This document shows, piece after piece, positions 53,641 through 64,000 of a DNA stretch of 64,000 nucleotides (within the stretch, counting starts at the first letter, position 1; every line of letters starts with the position of its first letter). The notes beneath the pieces are model-generated. The model was not told where the DNA came from. It saw only the letters and a program-made list of their open reading frames with translations, and did not search any database. The translations under genes were made by a program, and so were the position numbers. The DNA lies in NCBI GenBank assembly GCA_951406725.2, contig OX597818.1:87606001-87670000 (forward strand), read 5' to 3'. This DNA comes from Octopus vulgaris (taxonomy: Eukaryota).

Positions 53641-54157
53641 CCTGGAAAAATGCGAGCATGAAAAGTAATATTCTTAAGACTATAAATCTGGAAAAGTACA
53701 AGACAGGTTATTACACCTGTAAAAGTATAGGACAAACTATTACTTCAAGTAAAGTAAAGAATAAGAGACTTTTTACTTAAAATATTGTAGCAAATAATGC
53801 CAGCTCTTCTAATTTATCACTCTTTACAGTTCTCATCTTTTAAATTTATTTTACAAAACTATTCAGCTAATTTGTAAGTTTGTCTAATTAGTCACTTTTT
53901 TCTTTATTTAAGGTAGTAAATTAGCCAAATTCTACTTAAATAAGTATAGTGTTATTTGGAAACTATAATAAAATATTTTTTAATATTCAAATTTTAATTT
54001 TAGCTGCAATATTTTAAGTAAAAAGTTTCTTATTCTTTACTTTACTTGAAGTAATAGTTTGCCCAATACTTTTACAGGTGTTGTAACTTGTCCTGTACAT
54101 TTCCAGATTTATAATCTTAAGAATATTACTTTTCAGGCTCGCATTTTTCTATGTAAT
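53637..54157. mobile_element. Foldback/MITE with ~155-bp terminal inverted repeats
   Basis: 53637-53795 (attacctggaaaaatgcgagc...aaaatattgtagc) is the reverse complement of ~54003-54157 with scattered mismatches. Confidence 0.85.
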
Positions 54158-54614
54158 CCTTGATTTTTCCAGGCATTGCTGTTATAAGATAATTAATAAT
54201 GTGTCAATTAATAATTTAGGATTTTACCTCATAAAATACTGGGTAGGAGGATACATTGACTGCTATTTTTAGTGTGTCGAGCGACCAGATAGAGGCTCTT
54301 TCATTGGTTTGATTGTGTGATGTGATTTTTTTACATATATATGTATAATATGCATATATATCATCGGCAAAAGTTAGAGAGTAAGTCAAAAGCTGAGAGT
54401 TTCGTGTATTGACACTTATCAAACACAAATTTGTCCATTGTCACTCAATAACTTGTGACGAAATAACTTCTAAAATACAAAATTTTGTCAAAAATTTAAG
54501 AGTAAACTCTGTTGTATGTGACATATTGTACCAGTATCGGAAGTTTGAAAGTGTCTAGCTAAAAAAAAAATTGATTAAATAATCAGTACGTCAAATTAAA
54601 TAGATCCGAAATGG

Positions 54615-54726
54615 ATACAAAGCAAAGTCGACTTCACCGGGATTTGAACTCAGAATGTAAATACAGGCAAAATACCGGTCAGCATTTCGCCCGGAGTGTT
54701 AAAGTCTCTGTCAGCTTACCGCCTTA
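54615..54726 (-). mobile_element. SINE family A, 5' part
   Basis: gcaaagtcgacttcaccgggatttgaactcagaa...gtcagcttaccgcctta. Confidence 0.8.
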
Positions 54727-55174
54727 CAGCAGGAATATTCATTTTAGCAATATATTCTTTACTCTTATTGCTTAGCGTTATTTCCTTACTCTCTTACTGA
54801 CTCGAAATTTCGTGGCATTTCACTCCATAACTTTTCTTATAATTTTTGTTCAATGCAACTAACGATTCTGAATTCCTTATACATTTTCTATCATTTAAGC
54901 CCAAGAAAAGTATACTCTTATTTTAAAATTAAAAAGTTTATGTTAATTGAAGGTGAATAGATGCCTTACTGCCTCCCATGAGGTCGCAGATAATTTGATG
55001 TAACTTTTTTCTACTGAACCAAATCTCAAATTATTTATGCCAAAGTGTAGCTGAGATGTCATCTTTAAAACTGTTAACAGGTTGCAATTTAGATTTAGAA
55101 TTATTGGTGAAGCTTAGAAGCTGCTGCGATTGGCGAAATGGCGGACTTATGAATATATATATATATATATATAT

Positions 55175-55385
55175 CACCATGATAGATCGTTAGCCACTAT
55201 CACACATGATAGATCGTTAGCCACTACACACATTTTTTCTCTCCTTGTTTTTTTCTGTGTCCCTTTCTGTAGAAGAGCGTAGGCTCGAAACGTAAAAGAC
55301 TTTTTCTATTCCTGAGCGTTATACTAATACATCTGTTTGTTTTGTACACCACCTGTCTTCGTCTTTTGTTTTTTTCGTGAACTCT

Positions 55386-55390
<5 letters not shown>
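55175..55390 (+). mobile_element. Penelope-type terminal fragment with hammerhead-like motif (55263-55298)
   Basis: Homologous to ~34590-34795. Contains cttt ctgtaga a gagc gtag gctc gaaa cgta aaag. Flanked by (TA)n on both sides. Confidence 0.75.
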
Positions 55391-55424
<34 letters not shown>

Positions 55425-56195
55425 GGCTTTAGTCTTCCCGAGGCTACAGTAGAAGACACTTGCTCAAGGTGCCACGCTGTTGGTGTGAGCCCGGAACGAT
55501 GTGGTTGGGAAGCAAGCTTCTTAACTACATAATCACCATCATTCGCAGTTTCCACATCAGCAGTAACACTGACATAATCTATTTTAAGCGGATGGATGGA
55601 AACAGATGTATATGATCAGTCTAGACATCTTGCATGTACTCAACAATGAACATAATAACATAATGAGATTAGATAATGGAATCCTGAATAATTACTCTTT
55701 ATTGTACAGCTACTCCAGATAACGGCATGTTAGGCAGTTCGGTTCATCTACTTAAACAGAAATCGGGAAGAGAAATACTAATTATATCTGTCGAAAGTTA
55801 TGTATTCGTCCATATCCTGCAAGCTAGAGAATACAATCAACACCGATAAAGATCGTAGTTTCTCTTGCACTTGTGATCGATACGTCATACTTTAACTAGA
55901 AATTTACGCCTCTGTTATCCAAGAACGAGAGAAAGCAGCTAAATATCTTACCATCAAGAGGAATTAAGGTGTCTCAAGACACTGAAGTATAAAATGTTGA
56001 TTGTACCATACCAGTGCATAAATTATCATTCATATCGTCGATTTCTTAAATGTCATTGAGATACTAACTTCCTAACGGCGCTAAAAAAAAAGAACATCTG
56101 AAATCTCAGAAAGGATTGCTCTGATGGTTTTTATAAAGTCACACCAGAACCACAATATAACCTTAAAAATAAATGATATTCGTGGAACATTCCAG

Positions 56196-56567
56196 TGGTA
56201 AGTAGTATGCTTACCAACCACATAGTTCTGGGTTCAGTCCCACTGCGTGACACCTTGGGCAAGTGTTTCTACTATAGCTTCGGGCCGGCCAAAGCCTTGA
56301 GTGGATTTGGTAGACGTAAACTGAAAGAATCCCGTCGTATATATGTATATATGTGTGTGTTTGTGTCTGTGTTTGTCCACCCAACATCGCTTGACAACCG
56401 ATGCTGGTGTGTTTACGTCCCCGTAACTTAGCGGTTCGGCAAAAAGGAGACCGATAGAATAAGTACTAGGCTTACAAAGAATAAGTGCTGGGGTTGATTT
56501 GCTCAACTAAAGGTGGTGCTCCAGCATGACCGCAGTCAAATGACTGAAACGAATAAAAGAGTAAAGA
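56196..56567 (+). mobile_element. SINE family B, near full length
   Basis: Matches the 49476 copy. A further minus-strand head piece lies at 55425-55530. Confidence 0.92.
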
Positions 56568-57035
56568 GAGACTAGTTATTGTTGTACGAGACAAGTGCAA
56601 AAATCATGCTCTGTCGTAGCGATCAGCTTCTTGCAGATACGAGGGTCTCGTCAAAAATTACGATAAGGTCTTCTATGGAAAATAAATGAGAATCATACAG
56701 CTCTTATACCCAGGCTACAGATTTTCAGTTGTATTTATTTTCAGATGTAATTTGGGTTGCGTAACATGATTTGCATAAACGCGTAGAGATAACTGAACTT
56801 CTGGAGAAAAGCACAAAGCTAACTGATTAGCTTTCTCCGAAGTGAAAATTTTGTAAAGCGTTTCAGGTCTGTGAGTAGTCAGAACAATGCATTGTTTTAG
56901 AGACGCACAACTGTCTGATGATTGTTTGCGTAAAACTCTGAGGTACATTTCGTGGTGTCTTTTCAACTTCACTAAAATAAAATCCTAATGTACCTTTGGT
57001 ATTCGAGTAGTATTTTCCCCATCTCGTTTTGAACC

Positions 57036-57114
<79 letters not shown>

Positions 57115-57115
<1 letters not shown>

Positions 57116-58385
57116 AAGGAGGACTGGGCATGCCGTAGTTGATGATGCGCAGACACGCGCTGAGACTGCGACATCTCCGGCTCTATGTAGACGACGGTGA
57201 ACAGGTGTGGTCGCCGTTTGTGAGGTACGCGTTCCCGCAGCTCGTCTCCATGACCGAACTGCAGTCGTGGATCAAAAAGAGGCCGAGGAAGGGCGTATGG
57301 CACCGCGAGTGTCGCGTTGCTCTCAAGCAACTCTGCCGTCCCGGGTCGACCTTGAGTGACTTCAACACAACCAAAGCATTCTATAGGGGATTAGTGGAGG
57401 GGAGGTACGACGACGATCTTGGGGCAAACCTGGGCGTCGACGAGGAATACCTGACCCGCCTGTTTCAAACGACTTTCGGCCCGGGACCTATGGACAACTT
57501 CCAGAGATCCCTGGCCTGGCGGTGCTACCGAGAAGCGCTACCCGTTCGGGATAAGCTCTATAGGCATGGCTCGAGAAACACGGGGCTGACCTGCCCGAGA
57601 TGCGGGCAGAGCGACGAAACCGCTCTGCACGCAATCGTGCAGTGTCCAGCAATTTCCGACATGTGGGCTTATGTCGAACAACTGCTGTCACGCGTGGGAC
57701 GTGTCGGTTTATCAGCCGAGTCTATCGTTAATATCGTTACGCCTCCTTCCTTCAAACGGGAAGGAAGAGCTATTATTATCATACTTGTGGCTATGGCGAA
57801 AGAATGTATCTGGTGGAGGCGCCTGAAAGGATTAGAGACAAACACTTTCCTCTCTGGTCAATCTCTCATCAACTTCTTCAAGTATCACTTGAAGAGGAAA
57901 GTGAGAGTAGAGAGGCAATTTTTGTCTAGTGAATGTTTTAAAAAAAGATCGGTGAATGTAGCAAGGATGGCACGTATGAATGACGAAGCCACCTTGACTA
58001 TGATTCTATGAACCGTAAAAATTAATACAGAGAGTTGCTTATTTGCAAAAAAAAAAGAAAGAAATATAACATGTGACTTCATTGACCGAGGTCTTTTCCG
58101 TAGGCTTTTCTTTCCACGGGTAAACCTCACCTGTCCTCCCTTTTACACTTCATATTGACATTTCTGTGATAACGATCCCTATTGATCAAATTTTTTTCTC
58201 TTCCCTTTTTTTTCCTCTCCCCCCTTTTTTAAAAAAAATTTTATTCCCTCCTTTTTTGTCCTCTTTCTTTCCCTTTACGATTCCTTTTGATCGAAAACCA
58301 AACCCCCTTTTTTTACCCCCAAAAGACAAGCTCTACCTTGTAATTTGTCCTGTCTGTGTGCAGCCCTGTGTGGCTAATAAAGAAA
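57115..58385 (+). mobile_element. 5'-truncated Tx1/L1-group LINE (ORF2 C-terminus with Cys/His zinc finger, ORF 57139-58011, and 3' UTR)
   Basis: KGGLGMP*L, then LAWRCYREALPVRDKL...CPRCGQSDETALHAIVQC...W..V...AKECIWWRR. GC content well above the flanks. Ends aataaagaaa. (TATC)n on both sides. Confidence 0.9.
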
Positions 58386-58390
58386 CATAC

Positions 58391-58461
<71 letters not shown>

Positions 58462-58492
58462 AAATAACAACAACAACAACAACAACAACAAC

Positions 58493-58560
<68 letters not shown>

Positions 58561-58574
58561 TAACAACAACAAAA

Positions 58575-58905
58575 TCACTCAGTTAACGCAAACCTCCGCC
58601 AAGGCAACACCAATGCCCTCTCAAAGATTAGCCAGAGATGATTTTTAAAATGAAAATATCTGAAATAAACTCGACTGCTCACATAAACGAGAATACTTAA
58701 AAATGAACCCGACCGCTCTCAAAAAATAAAAATAACACCAATAAAAAAAGAACGGGAAAAAATAATCCAGAATCCTTGTCCGGACTGGATCGATCCTAAA
58801 ATCTAATCAGCTCGTGCCAGTTACGAGGTCAAATATCACGGACAAACAAACAAACAAACAAACAAACACGACTGAAAGCAATACCTCCGCTTTCGCTAAG
58901 GCAGA

Positions 58906-58910
<5 letters not shown>
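58575..58910 (+). mobile_element. Helentron/DINE-like non-autonomous element
   Basis: 5' acctccgccaaggc, 3' (CAAA)n and terminal hairpin acctccgc-tttcgctaag-gcagaggt. Confidence 0.6.
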
Positions 58911-58957
<47 letters not shown>

Positions 58958-58995
58958 TAATGATGACGATGATGATAATAATAATGATAATAACG

Positions 58996-59026
<31 letters not shown>

Positions 59027-59061
59027 TAATAATGATAATAATAATAATAATAATGATGATG

Positions 59062-59116
<55 letters not shown>

Positions 59117-60173
59117 TAATAATAATAATAATAATGATAATAATAATAATAATAATAATGATGATGATGATGATGATGATAATAATAATAATAATAATAA
59201 AAATAATAATAATCATTGTCGTCATCATTTGCATCAGCATAATCAGCATTAGGCTAACCACCATCACCAGCAGCAGCAGCAGCACCCCCACCATCAGCAC
59301 CCACCACCACCACCACCACCACCACCACCAAGAATGACATTAGCATAAATACTGACGAAGGACCAATCTAATAGATATTTTATCATCGTTAAAAGCTTAC
59401 AAATTATGAAGAGATAGAGATGGGTGAAGAGGGGGGTGGAGAGAGAGAGAGAGGGAGAGAGAGGAAGAGTGAGAGAAGAGAAAGAAAGAGAGAAATAAGA
59501 TAAGTGGGAAGATGCTGGTGGTAGTGGTGGTGGTGCTGTTGGTGTTGCTAATGACGATGACGTCGACGATGATGAGTTGACAGTGATGATGATAACGATG
59601 TAGGTGAAAATGATAATGATGCCGATGACGATGATGACAGAATGGAAGAAGATTGATGGAAAAAGAGAAAGAGAGGAACAGTGAGACAAAAAAAAAAAGC
59701 AAGAGAAAAATATAGAGAGAAATATAGAGAGAAAGAGAGGGGGAGAAGAGAAAGACGGAGATAAAGACAGAGAGACAGGGAGATAGAAAGGTGGAGATGA
59801 AGAGTGAAGACATGTTTTTTTTTTTTTTTTTTTTTTCACAAGCAAACTCACTGGTTTCGATGGACGATCTCACCGTAGTGATGGCCCTTTTATCAGTGAA
59901 GCGATAGTCTGCTAGTTTTAGTGATCAATCTGTATCGATTTGGCAGTGCTATTGGAAACAAACTCTGCTGGTTGCCATTCTAAAGATCACCTTACTGAAC
60001 GCTGGCCACAGAATTAAATTAAGTCGTTCATTCATTATATTTCACTAGCCACCATAAAACTGGTTTGTTTTCGTTTAGAATACGTCTTCGACATTCAAAA
60101 CTACATTACACAATCAGAAATATTGTGTGTATGTATGTATGTATGTATGTGTGTATGTATGTATGTATGTATG

Positions 60174-60204
<31 letters not shown>

Positions 60205-60398
60205 GTATGTATGTAAGTATGTAAGTACGTATGTATGTATTTATGTATGTATGTATGTATGTATGTATGTATGTATGTATGTATGTTGGCATGTATAAAT
60301 CTATGTATACTTACACACATATAAGCATACATACACACTCATACACACACACACACACACACACACAGATACCTACGTAAATACACACACATACACAT

Positions 60399-60477
<79 letters not shown>

Positions 60478-60557
60478 CGTTTAAGTATAGATATAATTGT
60501 ATGTATGTATATATATATATATATATGTATATACGTATGTATGTTTTCATATATATG

Positions 60558-60596
<39 letters not shown>

Positions 60597-60730
60597 GTAT
60601 GTATGCATTTATGTATTATGTATATATATATATATATATATGCATGTATATATACATATATATATATATGCATGTATGTATATATAAATACATATATACA
60701 TATATATATATGTATGTACATATATGTATA

Positions 60731-60794
<64 letters not shown>

Positions 60795-61117
60795 TATACA
60801 TATATATATATATGCACAACATACGCATATATTTACATTCACATACATTTATCTATATACATGCATCTGCAAATATACATGTACGTTTGTTTGTGTGTGT
60901 GTATGTGATTGTAGTATCCGCTTTACGGAAAACTTGTGACTTTCAATATCTTCTCATAAAATGTATTTCTGTAACGAGAAATCTAATTTCAATTGCCTTC
61001 CATGTCACATGCCATTCAAGTACATGGAAGCCCGTTTTGAGTTGCGGAATTCCACGATGCATTGAGATTTTCAACAATGTAACCATTCCATAACGTGGAG
61101 GATGCCTGTATATATAA

Positions 61118-61148
<31 letters not shown>

Positions 61149-61182
61149 TGTATGTATGTATGTATGTATGTATGTATGTATG

Positions 61183-61216
<34 letters not shown>

Positions 61217-61490
61217 TGTATGTATGTATGTTTCTGCATGCATGTATATACGTTTCTCTATATCTATATATAAATATAAATCTGTATAAAATGTGTTATT
61301 CACACGCACTTACAGATATGGATAATACATACATACATGCATACATGCATACATACATACATACATACATACATACATACATACATACATACATACATAC
61401 ATGCATACATACATATATGTGAGTATGTATATATATATATGTATATGCATATATATGTACATATATATATATAGTGTTTATTTTAATTTA

Positions 61491-61541
<51 letters not shown>

Positions 61542-62245
61542 TGTGTATATATGTACATTTAACATATATATATATATATATGTAATATCCATAAATACAA
61601 ATAAATGTGTGTATGCATATATATATATATATATATATGTATACGTACATACATACATACATACATGTATACATACATACATGCACACACACACACACAC
61701 ACACACATATCAATAGATATTGAAGTTATCTTCTGAATGTTTAGAACGTATATGGAACAAATACAATAAGGAGAACAGTTACATCATTATCACTACCATT
61801 GCAACACCACCACCATGACCACCACCACCACTAATAACACCGTCAATATTACTAACTCCACTAACATTACTAACACCCCCCCTTAAGGTCATGGTCGGTG
61901 CCATCCTCAACCCCACCACCTTCCTCCTACACCTTCACGTCCCTCTCGCCATCATCACTGTTATTATTATTATTATTATTTTTATCATTCTCGTCATCAT
62001 CATCGTTGCCATCATCACCATCATCACCAGCACTATCATCATCATCATCATCAACATCGCTATCATCATAATCCTCATCATCATCGCCGTCGTCGCCAGC
62101 AATTACAACAACAACAAACAGTCACAGAACACTGAACCATCTAACAAAAAAGACCAATGTCAGTCAGTTTGGATAGGTTTTTCTATTATTTTCATATATT
62201 TAATTTTTTTTTATATTGGTATCAACCATTTTTTTCTTCTTTGCG

Positions 62246-62313
<68 letters not shown>

Positions 62314-62534
62314 CAATAATAATAATAAAACGAGAGAAGGGAAATCAATGTAACCTTTTATGTAAGGATTTATGTCTTTTTACAATTTTAGTTTTTAGAT
62401 GTTAAAATGGCTGACAAAAGAGACTCTCTTTTCTCCCTCTTGCTCTTTCTGTTTCATTTTTTCTCTGTCTGGCTTTTCCAAGCCGTCTCTCTCCTAGCTT
62501 TTTATCTATATCTCTCCTTCCCCCTATCTCCCTC

Positions 62535-62585
<51 letters not shown>

Positions 62586-63234
62586 CACTCATTCCTTGCC
62601 TAAGCGTGATGCTACCAGTGAAATCAATGCTATTAGACAAAAGATAGCAAGCAGACTGCGTAATTTTCGGAAGTTGAATCAATTCATACCATCTTTGTCC
62701 GTCTATGTCTCTCTGTCTCCGTCTCTGTCTCTCTGTCTCCACCTCTCTCTGTCTCTTTCTTTCTCTCATTTGTATATGTATATCTATTTAAGTTTAAAAT
62801 TATTATTATTAATATTATTGTAATTTTTTATTGTTGCTGTTGTTGTTGTTGTTATGTGTGATAGAGTAGTGATGATTGCTAGGATGGTTGCAATTTCCAG
62901 TGCTGATTCTGGTTATTTTCATATTTTCAATTGAAATAAATAAATAAATAAATATCTTTTAACAAAATAAATACATAAAATAAACATGATGGTAACAGTT
63001 GTGCATAAAAATAAAATACAAAAGCAAAACGGTTTCTCAACAATAGCGACGTTTTACTCTCAAATCCAGCAACAATTGGTGAAAACGGGACAAAACTAGG
63101 GATAACTGCTTCCAAGATCGATTTTGTTGTTGCTGTTTAGCACCAGAACAGCCTTGACTAAACAGACCTACGATCAAAAGTCCTCCAACTTTGACCCTTC
63201 TGTCTTTCTCTTTTTCTTTTGTTTTTTTTTTCTC

Positions 63235-63960
63235 AGGCATCGTGAACCACGCTGTTGTGTGACCATGCTTGTGCATAAAATGAATGCTTGCGATGTAAAG
63301 ACCATGTTCATCGCAAAGCTCCAGCAGCACGAGACCATTGTTATTCATTTTCCTTACGCCAAAGCGTCCTAAAGAGTTCCATGTTTGCCAGTCTGTTCCA
63401 ACCCTGGAAATGAAATCCCTCAGCAGAATGACTTTGTCAGAATTGGGTTTTTTTTCTAAGTATGGCCCTCAGCTGGGTATAAAAAAGTAATTTTATCTTC
63501 ATCTCAACTAGTCAAAGTAGGTGCATAGGCTTTTATTAGAGTAGCAAACCGCCAACCTTTCAGGTGCAATCGTAGAGCCATTAGAGGTTCATTTATAGGA
63601 ACAGGAAGGTCCTCCAACATCTTAAGGACATCAGATGGAACTGCAAAGCCAACACCAACGAACAACAAGTGCAGTGCATCTTTCAGGCCTACAATCACTC
63701 TTGTTATCCAACAGAGTGCGCATATTCCAACATAAAATGTTCAAGTTCCATCCAGATTTTGTAAAAAAGAGTCCCTTTGTTTTTCGAGCGCATGGTGTAT
63801 ATCCTTCAGACGCGCTAAACTGACCAGGTATAGGTATACAGGCAATTTTTGGTTCACCTTTCCTAGAACCTCTCCGGCCTCTTGGTGAGCAGTGCCCTCT
63901 CCAAATGGAGCTGCTCAGACACCCATGAAGCAACCGAATCCTATTGCCGTCTTGGGCGTC
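63235..63960 (-). mobile_element. RTE-clade LINE 5' fragment (AP endonuclease), decayed
   Basis: LNILCWNMRTLLD..RPERCTALV, GVGFAV..INEPLMALRL, ATLIKAYAPT, NNNGLVLLELCDEHGLYI. Confidence 0.85.
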
Positions 63961-64000
63961 AAGGAGACGACTTTATATCTAGCATGAACCGCTTACGTGC

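Noticed and set aside
59840-60065. Minus-strand coding exon ending at a GTGAGT donor (~59851)
   Set aside because: All three frames upstream contain stops and there is no clear acceptor; at most a non-coding island.

Overview
AT-rich eukaryotic DNA dominated by (TA)n, (CA)n, (TATG)n, (TATC)n and trinucleotide microsatellites and by transposon debris. The SINE types resemble the tRNA-derived SINEs described from octopus, so this is most likely an intergenic or large intronic region of a coleoid cephalopod (inference). I cannot support any host protein-coding gene; nearly all ORFs in the track are microsatellite translations. Supported elements: three mariner pseudogenes plus fragments and MITEs, a Chapaev/CMC-type transposase relic, a Helitron relic and a Helentron-like non-autonomous element, two CR1 LINE fragments, a Tx1-like LINE 3' end inside a (TATC)n array, an RTE 5' fragment, Penelope-like (GIY-YIG) relics, and about 20 SINE copies of three families. 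Most notable: (1) one SINE tail matches the 3' end of the Tx1-like LINE, and this SINE forms precise head-to-tail multimers at one fixed site in its own tRNA-like head, a candidate self-targeting Tx1-dependent SINE; (2) a second SINE shares its tail with the CR1 LINE; (3) several minimal hammerhead ribozyme motifs occur, including a repeated core variant. All alignments were done by eye and coordinates of degenerate elements are approximate.
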